A DNA stretch of 63,953 nucleotides, filler included, from Octopus bimaculoides (lineage: Eukaryota), in the NCBI RefSeq assembly GCF_001194135.2. It is 7 parts of 7 records of this genome, joined end to end, with 100 filler letters (N's around TTAATTAATTAA, not from the genome) between each part and the next. Parts side by side here need not be neighbours in the genome. Positions count along the whole stretch, not along the records: positions 1 to 23,639 come from NC_068983.1; 6 more parts are not named here. One strand, given 5' to 3'. The number at the start of each line of letters is the position of its first letter. The stretch's first letter is position 1. This document shows positions 1 through 13,832 of the stretch, piece by piece. The translations under genes and the position numbers were made by a program. The notes under the pieces are model-generated. The model was not told the origin of the DNA. It did no database searches and worked only from the letters and a program-made list of their open reading frames with translations.

Positions 1-524
1 ATATACGAAGAGTGGGAGAGTAGGGTCTCACTGAATCGATGTCTTTTTTTACACTTCTCTAAAATTCTTGTTTTCACACGACTTGATGTATTTGTGTTCC
101 AATGTAATTTGAGTATTCACCATTCTTGGGGAAGTTGGTACATGGAGACAGTTCAGAGTTCCCTGTTCTATTACAAAAGATGTTTGGTTAAACCGGCACC
201 AATATTGCTCAAGTCATTGGAAATCACGGAAAGACAGAGTAACTAAGTTCATTCCTAATTATAGAAGACAGGCTAAATTGAATTCGTGACGCAGTAGAGT
301 ATGTTTTCTTCCTTTTTAAATGAGTATATATTATTCGTCTTCAACTTCTAGAAGTGCGTAAGAGTGCGGATGTATGTTTCTGTTTATATATGTTGTCCTG
401 TTACTATATATACAGAGATATAGGTATATGTGAATATGTGTGTGCGTGTGCGCGCGTATGCGTGCAGATGATATCCGTGTGTACGTATACACATGTATAC
501 ATATATACTTATATACACACCTAC

Positions 525-613
<89 letters not shown>

Positions 614-910
614 CGCAGCTCTATCTTTAAACAAATTTGTGCCGATAACTGACTGTCCAGGTATCTACTTTCGTATCACTATATCTATATAAACTTTTTC
701 GTGTTAGATCTCCTATCTATCTTTCTATCTATCTATTTATGCGCGTTTTCATTATTGCGCATGCAATTTGAAATAAACCAACAAAAATAGACCCAATCAT
801 GTTTGTGTTGTTATTGAGGCACGCATAATGACACAAGAACAAGTATATATGCACTCATATATGTCTGTATGTGTGTGTGGGTTTTTGCAGGAATCTATGT
901 AAGTGTGTGC

Positions 911-946
<36 letters not shown>

Positions 947-957
947 GCACGCACACG

Positions 958-998
<41 letters not shown>

Positions 999-1639
999 GA
1001 AAGATATACTACTACAGAAGATTTGTATACATATAACTACAGTAATAAATATGTAACTCGACGTGAGTGAATCGGCTTGTATCTATGTATGGAGATAATA
1101 TGGTGCGACATATTGACTGAGATGTTAAATTGTAGTCATGTTCCAGGAAAAAGCTATGAAACACTTTATGAATAACTGTTCTTTATAGCTAGTGATATTT
1201 ATGTATACATATAAGTAAATATACATGCGTGTATTATATATATATGGGGAGGGGTGTATGTGTGTGTATATGTATATATATGTATATGCATATATATGTA
1301 TATGCATATATATGTATATGTGTATATATATAAAACTACAGGGGCCTTAAGGAGAAATACTTCTCTGACGAAATGCACCAATCGCCTCCAAAGAAATAAT
1401 ATGCAAAAGCAGTCCGTTCTTCAGATGTTATGCGCCAGACAGCAGCTGAGCAAGAGTCGTTTTTGTGCATGGCGCAAAAGATTGTGCAGCAGCTGACCTG
1501 ACTACATCAAGCGCAAACGGGGAACCTTTCCCACCACTGCGCAAGACCACCACAATCAATAGACATGGGATGGCCTCCCCTAACACCTGCACAGTCGTCA
1601 CGCCAATATTCTTACTACATTTTGGGGGCCTGTTGCATC

Positions 1640-1978
1640 ATAACAACAAAAGCAAAATTTTTTTCCTGAGAGACCTTGCTGCATAGCACTCATGGAAACT
1701 CATCTGAGCCCTAATATAGAGAACGCAGAAGTGCACGTACCAAAATATACCATACTGCGAACAGACAGAAGAGAAAGGAACCATGGTGGAGTTGCTGTAT
1801 ACACCCCAGGACTTACTGCCATACTCAAATTCAGCATGTTACACTCTAATTACTACATACGACAACACAATATAGTCATATGCAATACATATTGCCCACC
1901 GACTGCTCCAAACCACATAGGAAGGTTTGAAGATTACCTCACAAGAATTAAGGAAATCATCACGAAACTGGAACACCG
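1640..1978 (+). mobile_element. CR1/L2/Jockey-group LINE ORF2 apurinic-like endonuclease fragment (decayed)
   Basis: Translation (CIAL)METHLSPNIENAEVHVPKYTILRTDRRERNHGGVAVY...NIVICNTYCPPT contains the APE motifs ETHL, RxDR..GGVAxY and YxPP; the sequence ends in a microsatellite and gap. Confidence 0.85.
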
Positions 1979-2019
1979 TGCATGTGTGTGTGTGTGTGAG
2001 CGTGTATGCGGGTATATAT

Positions 2020-2056
<37 letters not shown>

Positions 2057-2855
2057 NNNNNNNNNNNNNNNNNNNNNNNNNNNNNNNNNNNNNNNNNNNN
2101 NNNNNNNNNNNNNNNNNNNNNNNNNNNNNNNNNNNNNNNNNNNNNNNNNNNNNNNNNNNNNNNNNNNNNNNNNNNNNNNNNNNNNNNNNNNNNNNNNNNN
2201 NNNNNNNNNNNNNNNNNNNNNNNNNNNNNNNNNNNNNNNNNNNNNNNNNNNNNNNNNNNNNNNNNNNNNNNNNNNNNNNNNNNNNNNNNNNNNNNNNNNN
2301 NNNNNNNNNNNNNNNNNNNNNNNNNNNNNNNNNNNNNNNNNNNNNNNNNNNNNNNNNNNNNNNNNNNNNNNNNNNNNNNNNNNNNNNNNNNNNNNNNNNN
2401 NNNNNNNNNNNNNNNNNNNNNNNNNNNNNNNNNNNNNNNNNNNNNNNNNNNNNNNNNNNNNNNNNNNNNNNNNNNNNNNNNNNNNNNNNNNNNNNNNNNN
2501 NNNNNNNNNNNNNNNNNNNNNNNNNNNNNNNNNNNNNNNNNNNNNNNNNNNNNNNNNNNNNNNNNNNNNNNNNNNNNNNNNNNNNNNNNNNNNNNNNNNN
2601 NNNNNNNNNNNNNNNNNNNNNNNNNNNNNNNNNNNNNNNNNNNNNNNNNNNNNNNNNNNNNNNNNNNNNNNNNNNNNNNNNNNNNNNNNNNNNNNNNNNN
2701 NNNNNNNNNNNNNNNNNNNNNNNNNNNNNNNNNNNNNNNNNNNNNNNNNNNNNNNNNNNNNNNNNNNNNNNNNNNNNNNNNNNNNNNNNNNNNNNNNNNN
2801 NNNNNNNNNNNNNNNNNNNNNNNNNNNNNNNNNNNNNNNNNNNNNNNNNNNNNNN

Positions 2856-2893
<38 letters not shown>

Positions 2894-3171
2894 TGTATGC
2901 ATGTATGTGAGTGTGTGTATGTATTTCAACGACTGTACGAGTTTACCTGTATACCTTCCTTTTAATTTCTACTCTAAGCGCATATTTCCATACATTTTCT
3001 ACATTGGGATAGAACTTTCCGTACCCATGAACGTAAACTTTCGCACCCATAACGACTGTATGTTCTGAAAATGTAACTTTCCCGAATAAGGTACACTTCA
3101 TATTCAAAACTCTGATGAAGATATAGGATGATATCCTGGTACTCAACTAAGAATCCACCACATCCTATAGC

Positions 3172-3218
<47 letters not shown>

Positions 3219-4151
3219 TTCGAATAAATTAGAGAAAATAGAGTTGACAAATCTTAATTGCTTTTCAAACATACTTTCAAACATCGTCTCATATTTCACA
3301 GGTTAATTTGTTATATTATTTTAGAGATAGATTTTGACACGATGTCACATTGAAAGAAAGTCATGGGAGTTTTAATAATGATAATTACTAAAAGTGTTAA
3401 TCTGGCAGCATGCTAAACAAGACAGCGGTTGTATAAGGATTCTGGTAATAGGCCTAATTATAATCTGGGATAATCTTACACTGTGATCGTGGCAGAGAAT
3501 TTAAGATGTTTTCTATTCTTGTCTATGTTTCATTCCTTATCTTCTGGTCGATGCAGTAAGCAGCGTATTTTCCATTAAGGAACGTGTTATAAGCTATACT
3601 CTTTCAAAATCTAGTAATCTTTTGGCCTTTGCTGTGATCTCTACCTCAATACACAAGGCAAATATAAACAAATGACTTTATCCAAATATTCTGTAGAGAC
3701 AAATACGGAGATTAGCCAGAGCAGTCCCGGCTTTACTTGGGAATCTTATGATGAGACACGTATTTATTTTTGTGCATCCGCGGAGAAATATAGCATATAG
3801 CTATTTATGTAGTCACAACAAATAATGACTTCAATAAATTGATAAAACCCGTTGGTATCTAGATCAAGCATGTTATTAAATGATACATCAGGAAGATTAT
3901 TTTAAATATTGAATATATATTATAAGAAATGTCCCATCATGAAACACAAACTTTTGGCTGTCCCGTGATGGCTAATCAAAAACATTAAAAGATTTAAGCA
4001 AAAACATGTCTACAAATCTCTCTTTAAACAGAAATAGTGGTATTCGGGATGTAAGTTCAAATCACTTGAAGGCTACGAAGTATTTTCCATATTGAAAATC
4101 TCTGTATCTCATCTACTGACTCTCTCTCTCCACACACACACACACACACAC

Positions 4152-4195
<44 letters not shown>

Positions 4196-4257
4196 TAGTA
4201 TATTGCCACTTAAGTGTGGCTGACCCCTAGGGGTGGATGTTACTGTTGCTTTTAGCC

Positions 4258-4294
<37 letters not shown>

Positions 4295-4616
4295 NNNNNN
4301 NNNNACACACGACTGTGTCCTGTTTGCCAAGGGAGTTATCCCTCTCACCACGACCAGCAGCACGAACGTATCCGGATTTCAGGGTTATTTCCCTTCTTCG
4401 GCGTTCGACAGCTGATGACCTTGGTGAGAGAGAAAAACCTGGCAAAATCTTATATCTTCTTTTCCAGTGACATTCTTCACTGATATTGAAAAGGTGAAAA
4501 CAAGCAATGTTAATTCTCTAAATGAAGTATTAACAGTAACTGCACGATAAAGTGTAGTATATTGCCACTTAAGTGTGGCTGACCCCTAGGGGTGGATGTT
4601 ACTGTTGCTTTTAGCC

Positions 4617-4656
<40 letters not shown>

Positions 4657-5055
4657 ATACAACAAATCACACACACACACACACACATAGATACTTATGT
4701 ATGTGTATCTCTATATAAATATATACACATAAATATTTAAGTATATATATGAAGAGGAAGAGGGAGAGAAAAGACTTGAAAGAGAAAGAAGGAATGCAGG
4801 CATAGCGAGACAAAGACAAAGTTCGGAAGCACTTTTGAAAAACGGGGATAAATGCGGAAATATCTTATCCCCGCAAGTAAGCAAAACATTAAGATGACAG
4901 GCGCGACAAAAGGTTTAGTGCATCATATTCAATTTAGTTCCATAACCAATAATTTTTGGTACACAGAATCAGTCAAAAGGAAGCTGAAATTAAATATATG
5001 AAGTGCGTAAACAATTGAATTTCCTATAGAAAGGCTGTGAGAAATGTGCTTAAAC

Positions 5056-5133
<78 letters not shown>
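5056..5133. repeat. (AGAT)n microsatellite
   Basis: Directly visible. Confidence 0.97.
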
Positions 5134-7275
5134 TTATAACAAGATCAAGAAACGAATATATTTTTTAATGAAAGTAGAAATACAAAAACGAAAATTGCAA
5201 ATGAGCGAATGAAATCTCACAAGAATGTGTGTAGTATTTGCAAATCCTTTTTCCGGAATTCTTCAAATATTCGAAATTATGTCACTTCGTTAACCTTCTG
5301 CCATTTTTTGAATCCTGTCGAACAATAAATTTCCACAGAAAAAAATCTAACGGAGAAAGTAAATGCATCTCAAAGAATAAGAATATATTGCGATGTTTTA
5401 CGCGCAACTACGTGAAATTGTTACTATATAATTTGTACTCGGAACTATGAGCCATCTTCTATTTCTATGTATGTTAAAGCAAACTTATTAAATATTTCTT
5501 TGGCTGACCACATTTACTGGAAGCAAGATATGAACTAGGAAAGACAAGTTTCAGGGTTTTGCCTCAAACGAAACATAATATAGTGTCATTGTTGCTATGC
5601 AAATATGTAAGTCGGGTGATGAGCAGTCAGTAAGCTGTTGCAACTCGTATGCAACGCAAGGACATCCGTGGAAGATTCAACTTCAAAATAACTCTTCATG
5701 GAGCTGTGAAAATGACCTAGTGTTAATTTTTGGTTGTGCAATTCCATGTTAACTAGCGTTTCTTATATATTTCATAAGAGCATGATTGTTACGTATTATG
5801 ATCCCTCGTTTGTAAAGTAGTCATATTGAAATAAAACAAATAAGCTGTGGTGATGGAAGATAAATCTCAGTCAAGCAGATTTGATTACTTGATTCTATTG
5901 AAGAAAAAACAGGAAAAAATCATGCAATCCTAAACTGCTTTTAGCTGCAGATTCATGGTATTATCTCAATATCAGAGGCCGTAAGAATTACTTCAGATTT
6001 TATCGACGCCTTCAACTAAGTGATTCGAAGCCATCCGATGTTAATTTATATTGCTAATGCTGTTGAGAAAGGCATGGATGTTACACAATCTCGTATCCTC
6101 GTTTTTCCTATATACTTCATTTCTTGTTCTTATATAGCAAAAATAAAATCGATATAATCACGAAGCAGCGTTAAAAAATCAAAAATAAAATATGGCAGCA
6201 ACAGTTCCGGTGTTGATTCTGTTGGCCTCTTCTAACTCCCTGATGTAAGTCAATATTTATTTTTACGCTATATATTTTGCATTTTTGTTTATTTTCATAC
6301 TCTTTTTCTCTCCTCATTCGCTTCTCTTTTGTCTTTCTTTCTTTCACATGTATTTTTTTCAGCTCTCGATCTCGAATAGTTTCCAAATTATCAAGTTAAG
6401 ATGTTTCTATAAATGAATGTTGAACGCTTTAGCAGATCAATGGCTATGTGTTCGTCATCGATTGTTGTTATGTCTTTTCTTTTATTCTTCTCTTTTATAT
6501 TGATAGATTTCCTGTTATCTGATCATTAGATGGTGATGGAACACCTGTCGAAAATTAAAGTTTTCGATAATCAATGAACAATTTACACACAGCCAGCTAC
6601 TTTCGCTCAGCAGAAATGAAAACGTCAAGTGCAATAACTCTATCTGTTCTTTGCAAACAGATAAGACCTCCTCCAAAATTGCATTGCTTGACCAAGTAAC
6701 TTGTTCAAGTAAGTATGAATGTACTTTTGTTTCTTCTTTGTTAATACGATATAGTATGTTAGGTTATTTTGTTAACTTAAGTATTTAAATAACAATCTAT
6801 GATCAAATAAAAAAGTTCAGTACTCGAGCAGCAATTTATTTTGAAATTGATTTTTTTTTTTTTTTGTATTGGCTTATTGTAAAGAAAATATACCCAATTT
6901 ATTGACCAGCGATGAAGGGGAAGCTGATGGTTTCAAGATCTGAATTTAGAACGTAATTGTATGGTTTTCCTCGGATTATCTCATTCTACAATTGTAATGA
7001 ATACAAGTGAGCTGGGAAATGAATGGAATACCTGATGCGTGTCTTGTTGTGGCTACCCCCTCCTAAAAAAAAGGGGAATAGGCCTAACCCTAACCCTAAC
7101 CCTTCTGCCTTTAGCAAATCTGTTTCCTTCATTTCTAGGTAAGTAAAGTTTGTCAGTACTACTTTTAAGGTGGTGCACCTTATGTATTGTGAGCAGCTTC
7201 CTAGTTTTTTCTCCTTAATTCCTCCTATGACTCGGCCTTTGTCAATTTTAGAATAGGATCAGAATATCCTAATAC

Positions 7276-7277
<2 letters not shown>

Positions 7278-7350
<73 letters not shown>
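7278..7350. repeat. (AAT)n microsatellite
   Basis: Directly visible. Confidence 0.97.
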
Positions 7351-7351
<1 letters not shown>

Positions 7352-8659
7352 TGTTTTGCATGCTGTTGATGTATGATAGATCAGGGACATATATTGGAGG
7401 TAGTGGAGACATTGACAGCAATATATCGTCAGAATAATTGGTTTATATAGAAACTCGATAAAAGTATTTGTCATGAGAAGAGTAGAATATATATGGTTTC
7501 AACTCCACCTCTTTGTCTGAGAGTAAAGAAAGAGAGAAAAACAGTTTTATTATCACTTTTTTACTAACCTGTGCATATTCACATATATGATCAATCACAA
7601 GAATGAACTCATGTCAGTATTCAACGTTTAACGTGTGCCCATGCCTGCATGTATTCATGCATATATATATGTATGTTTTTATAAAATAACTACGTACGTT
7701 TGTCATAGAAATCATCTCCCTCGTTGTGATATATTACCAGAGGAAAACCGACACGATTTAGCGCATCTTTGCTCTATTAATAATATCCAAGAAAACAAAT
7801 AGTGGGTCCACATCCTGCATTGCCTGACATTACCACTGCTCTTCAAAATCTAACATACAATCTCAGTATGTTTACAAACATGTAATAGCTTTCATTATGC
7901 TCTAAATTCTGAAATATTTGATTAATTTCTGATTTTACTATTTCTGCATCTAGCTTATAATTTTAGTCAATAATTGTATATATGTCTGCTTTTGTAACTA
8001 TATAAAATTAAAACTCTTACATTTTGCATTCTGGTTTTATAGAATACCACGAAATAAGAGACAATTTGAATTTGAGAATATAAAACTGTTCCGATTCTCT
8101 TCAGAACCTTATTCAATTCGTTTTACTGTTAACAATTTAGAAATATTGAAGCAAAATATCTGAATAGGAAGGTATATTCTTTGGTAGCTTATCCGAGGGT
8201 GATAAAAATGGACGGACCCTGCTAAAGAGGCACCAACAATATTGCAAGGTTGCATTTACAACAGTGGAAACAGTGGAAACACGTGTAGGTCATTATATAT
8301 GCTGTATATAACTATTAACTACATTTTTTAGGTGTACATGTCTCCATAAACTTTATTAATATTATTTTCAATAATCACTCCAGACAGTTTTTACTGTCCA
8401 GCGAAGAAAACAAGGACTTACCCATCGGAAAAATTCACGGAAATATACATATTTATAAAATATATATTTTTATATATTCATGCTATTATTTTTCGATATC
8501 AGTCTGTAGTGTGCATCAATTCTCAAAATATAAAAATTCACAACCAAAGATAGTCACAGATGTTGGATACTGATCGTTGTGGTTAACCGTTAACTGGAAC
8601 TTAACTGAGAGATAATACGCTATCCACTCGGATAATCCATCCCTTCAAACTCTCGAAGG

Positions 8660-8844
8660 TGACTATGCTGGTGCAATGCCTTGGAGAATTTTTAGTCGGA
8701 TAAATTGACCACAGGACTATTTCTTTTTCAGCTTGGTACTTTTTCAATCGATTTCTTCACCTAACCACCATCTTACGATGACGTAAACACGCCGACACCG
8801 GTTTTCAAGCGGTGGTAAGGGATTATCACACACATACACACATT

Positions 8845-8882
<38 letters not shown>

Positions 8883-9040
8883 GACGGGCTTCTTTCAGTT
8901 TCCGTCTACCAAATCCACTCACAAACCTTTGGTCGGCCCGAGACTCTAGTAGAACATTCTTGCCCAAGGTGCCACGTAATGGGACTGAACCCGGGACCAG
9001 GTGGTTGGGAAGCAAGCTTCCTACCAAATAGCAACGTTTG
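8660..9040 (-). mobile_element. tRNA-derived SINE family A (CORE-like segment, internal TA/CA microsatellite)
   Basis: Homologous to 21815-22375: GTTCAGTCCC B-box-like motif, GGCACCTTGGGCAAG CORE-like segment, internal (TA)n. Confidence 0.8.
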
Positions 9041-9049
9041 CACCTATGT

Positions 9050-9098
<49 letters not shown>

Positions 9099-9289
9099 TG
9101 TTTATTTCTATATATGTATCGGTGGTTGTCTGTATGTATACACGCACACATACATATACATGTATGTATGTATGTATTCATATCTATTTATAAATGTGGA
9201 GAGAGAGACAGAGAGACAGACAGAGAGACAGAGAGAAAGAGATACAGCATAATGGACTGCCTAACAGTTTCTGCACCAGTTTGATAGCA

Positions 9290-9930
9290 TTTTAAATGCA
9301 CTGAGATGGCTCCAACACAGATGCCCCATATTTGGCTTTAGTAAAGACGATTACATCATTCTGCTGAAAGAAAGTACTTCATATTGTAGTCTATTAGATA
9401 CTACTGTAGTAATTAAATGATGTGGTCGATGGAGTTAAATATCGAGTGGTGTCTTCTAACGGATTAGGTCGACCCACTCTGAGTTATTTACGAAAACGGC
9501 ATTCCTTGGAATAGAAGATATAAACAGACATATTGTCTTCCTTCAAGAGCGCTTCTCGCAACGCCAAATTATATCAGAGCCTTAGTTGTAGATATGCACA
9601 ACAACAACAAAGGCTGAAATGCACACAATAATAAAATTCATATGTCCTGTAGTATGTGGCCATGGATCCTATCTAGCGAACCTGGTGCCATCAGCCTTTT
9701 CTATTCTATGTTTGCTTGGTCGCACCTTGAATATTGCTGCCAAGCGTTGTCCCCTTATATAAACAAAACCTTGAAAACTGATGCACACTACAGACTGATC
9801 TTGAAAAAAATAACAGTATGACAGGCATTGATTATTGGATTATCTCAAATTCTATTCTCCTCTACGCTGCTGTGAGGAATACATACATCTTATAATGTGG
9901 GAAAATATTCCATCAGCATTGTCTAAATCA
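9290..9930 (+). mobile_element. Highly decayed CR1-like LINE RT/C-terminal remnant
   Basis: LFYSMFAWSHLEYCCQALSPY...LKFYSPLRCCEEYIHLIMW resembles the CR1 C-terminal motifs LEYC-Q-WSPY and YSL-RRR-RY; many stops. Confidence 0.55.
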
Positions 9931-11025
9931 ATGGTTATCACATGGGGTCCATTTGGCCTCCTAAGAGACTATATAAGATTTTGGGGTCCACGCAACAAAA
10001 TAGTAAATTGGGGATCCACAATATGAAACTATGTTGTTTCAGATGCATGTGTTGGTATTTATTGCAAGAAAGAGTTGGCTTTCTTTCTCTAACAATTCAA
10101 CCTACACAAGGGAATGTGGAAAGAGAAAATAAGAATTTTGAAAGAAGTTTCTATGAAACTTGTTTTAAACATCGAATGGCTACAGGCGTCCACCAGAATA
10201 AAACAGTAATCGAAGGGGTCTATAAATAAAACAATAAATGGCTAATATAAATGGTGCCGATATCAAGTTCACAATTCGGCTAAAACTAGATCTCAGTGCA
10301 TTGCACCACCTACATGTTCCTAGCACATATCTCGTAACAATAAAGTGACTCGACAGGATTCATGTTTTATTCAGCATTTCACTGTAAGATATCAGAGATG
10401 GAAAAGGTCATATTGTATTCAATTGTACTTAGACAAATTTCTCCTAGGGATACCAAACAAACTCAGACATCAAGAAACACTTCAGCAAGCAACAACTCCA
10501 TGCTCAAGTTCAAAAACATGACTCAGAAGGCTTCTCCAGGCGGTGTTAATAAGTTAGTTGAACTTGATCGGAGCCAAAAGCGATTCATTTTACGAGAGAA
10601 AACACCTTCTGAACAAAGAGTTAAAGTGTTTCTACATCATATGATTCCAGATATGAATGCTTTAACTGCAGAATTTATGCAATAGCCTGATGAAAGATCC
10701 ACAAAATAATAATCAGCAGGACCACGTTTGATGCCTGCATATGGGGGAAAACGGCGTGCAAATCACTACTTGAAACGATTTATGCATAAATTGCAAAATC
10801 CTGCTATTAACGGTGCACTTAAACACTTAAGAGAAAGTGGTCCTCTAAGAATAACTTGCATTTATATTTGTGTGCGTGTAGATATATACACACACACAAT
10901 TATATANNNNNNNNNNNNNNNNNNNNNNNNNNNNNNNNNNNNNNNNNNNNNNNNNNNNNNNNNNNNNNNNNNNNNNNNNNNNNNNNNNNNNNNNNNNNNN
11001 NNNNNNNNNNNNNNNNNNNNNNNNN

Positions 11026-11056
<31 letters not shown>

Positions 11057-11681
11057 ACTCACAAGTGAGTGTGTGAATATATATATATATGCGTGCACGT
11101 ATGTATTATGTATATACGCATACAAATATATATAAGTATAATTGTTTAAATATATGCATAGACATATATACATATTATCAATAAAAGTGCATTTTGTTTC
11201 TTTTTCTTATACTTTGCTTCTATAATCATATTTTAGATTTATTGCACCCACTTCGCAAATATTAATTATTCCAAATCAAGAACTATATGGAAATCTATTT
11301 CCTTTAGAATTGTTTGAAAGTTCGATAAACTACTGATAATAGTTTCGACGCGTCAGGAGATTACCTCTAACTCTATGACGTATACCAGCGATAAACTAGT
11401 TATATTAAACAATATCAATCAATTTTATTGATTACCGTATCAATAGATATTAATGGAGAAATTATACGTCATACGAGTTGCTATGCCTCTTACGTCATGT
11501 TCGATCAATCAGTCATTTACATTCGTCAAGATTGATCTTTAAGAAATCCATGGGAAATTTTCAATATTCAAGCGGTATTTTTTTTTTATTTGAATGCACA
11601 GTTCTAACTCCACGTATTAATAAATGTGATTGAGGAGTAGGAATAACTAAACCATTAGAATCGGAGAGATTTATAAACAAA

Positions 11682-11683
<2 letters not shown>

Positions 11684-11751
<68 letters not shown>

Positions 11752-12027
11752 AAGAGTGTGTTTCAGGTAAGAGGGAGTAAGACGGAGATTGACTAATGAA
11801 GGGTAGAATAGACGGAGACAATTGGGAGAGCCATGGGAACATAAAGACAAATTAACAATGAAATAAGTTATATGGGTAGATGGAAAATCGGAAATAGGAC
11901 ATGCAGATACATAAACCTAAGTGTTTACAATTTTTTAGCGTGTGTGTGTACACACATACACACACACCTACGAGCGCACACACACAAGCATATACACACA
12001 GACATGAACAGACACGTACACACACAC

Positions 12028-12111
<84 letters not shown>
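11684..12111. repeat. (CA)n and (AGAT)n microsatellite cluster
   Basis: (CA)n at ~11684-11746 and (AGAT)n at ~12028-12111. Confidence 0.95.
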
Positions 12112-12112
<1 letters not shown>

Positions 12113-12124
12113 CACATACATATA

Positions 12125-12208
12125 TTCTTTTATTCTTTTACTCGCTTCGTTCATTTGACTGCGGCTATGAGGGAGCACCACCTTTTAGTCGAACAAATCG
12201 ACATCGTG
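12125..12208 (-). mobile_element. SINE family A 3' tail fragment
   Basis: CATTTGACTGCGGC...GAGCACCACCTTTTAGTCGAACAAATCGAC matches the family A tail; it runs into a gap. Confidence 0.7.
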
Positions 12209-13108
12209 TGTGTGTGNNNNNNNNNNNNNNNNNNNNNNNNNNNNNNNNNNNNNNNNNNNNNNNNNNNNNNNNNNNNNNNNNNNNNNNNNNNNNNNNNNNN
12301 NNNNNNNNNNNNNNNNNNNNNNNNNNNNNNNNNNNNNNNNNNNNNNNNNNNNNNNNNNNNNNNNNNNNNNNNNNNNNNNNNNNNNNNNNNNNNNNNNNNN
12401 NNNNNNNNNNNNNNNNNNNNNNNNNNNNNNNNNNNNNNNNNNNNNNNNNNNNNNNNNNNNNNNNNNNNNNNNNNNNNNNNNNNNNNNNNNNNNNNNNNNN
12501 NNNNNNNNNNNNNNNNNNNNNNNNNNNNNNNNNNNNNNNNNNNNNNNNNNNNNNNNNNNNNNNNNNNNNNNNNNNNNNNNNNNNNNNNNNNNNNNNNNNN
12601 NNNNNNNNNNNNNNNNNNNNNNNNNNNNNNNNNNNNNNNNNNNNNNNNNNNNNNNNNNNNNNNNNNNNNNNNNNNNNNNNNNNNNNNNNNNNNNNNNNNN
12701 NNNNNNNNNNNNNNNNNNNNNNNNNNNNNNNNNNNNNNNNNNNNNNNNNNNNNNNNNNNNNNNNNNNNNNNNNNNNNNNNNNNNNNNNNNNNNNNNNNNN
12801 NNNNNNNNNNNNNNNNNNNNNNNNNNNNNNNNNNNNNNNNNNNNNNNNNNNNNNNNNNNNNNNNNNNNNNNNNNNNNNNNNNNNNNNNNNNNNNNNNNNN
12901 NNNNNNNNNNNNNNNNNNNNNNNNNNNNNNNNNNNNNNNNNNNNNNNNNNNNNNNNNNNNNNNNNNNNNNNNNNNNNNNNNNNNNNNNNNNNNNNNNNNN
13001 NNNNNNNNNNNNNNNNNNNNNNNNNNNNNNNNNNNNNNNNNNNNNNNNNNNNNNNNNNNNNNNNNNNNNNNNNNNNNNNNNNNNNNNNNNNNNNNNNNNN
13101 NNNNNNNN

Positions 13109-13162
<54 letters not shown>

Positions 13163-13488
13163 GTGTGCTGAAACACCGCATCTGTATATTAGCAAATTTC
13201 TTATACGTAATAGTTTGTTTAACTCAATTTATCTGTAGATATCAATCTAAATTTTATATATATGAATATATGCATGGGATTACGTATTGATGAAAACACC
13301 TAAATATCTCACCACTTTGGGTCTGAAAATATGATTATTTACTGTACATTGATTTAGGAAACGTTTACAATCAAATATATATACAGCGCGCTCAACAATA
13401 TAGCTATATTTTTTCCAAATTAATGTAGCATAAGTTGCAAATGATATATGTCATTCATATGCATGTGTATATGTATATGAATGTATAT

Positions 13489-13540
<52 letters not shown>

Positions 13541-13832
13541 GCATGTGGTGTGAGTGTATATACTCAAATATACCCATTACACATTGTACATACATACATA
13601 TATGTACACATTCATACACACTCGCACATACATGTATGAACACGTGCAAGCAATCAAAAACTTAGCCATTTTATAATAAGCTGATGTTCTCCATTACATA
13701 GTAAAATAAACAATTTGTCATGTTTATTAGAAATGATGATATTGCAATTCCGTGAAGACTTTTGCTCTCTGTTATGATGTGTTAATCTGATGTAAGGCTA
13801 AGAACGATGTAAAAACTAGTTTTCCCTTCTGA

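Noticed and set aside
3112-3138. CTGATGA-A-GATAT(aggatg)ATATC, a hammerhead 5' half
   Set aside because: No GAAA, helix III or cleavage site follows; at most a truncated relic.
3500-3650. Possible hAT C-terminal dimerisation remnant
   Set aside because: Only a loose, frameshifted resemblance (LSMFHS...RIF / SVFS); it cannot be supported without a profile search.
4405-4440. CTGATGA...GAAA spacing
   Set aside because: The intervening sequence forms no helix II.
7083-7102. (CTAACC)3 telomere-like repeat
   Set aside because: Only three units; too short to call an interstitial telomere.
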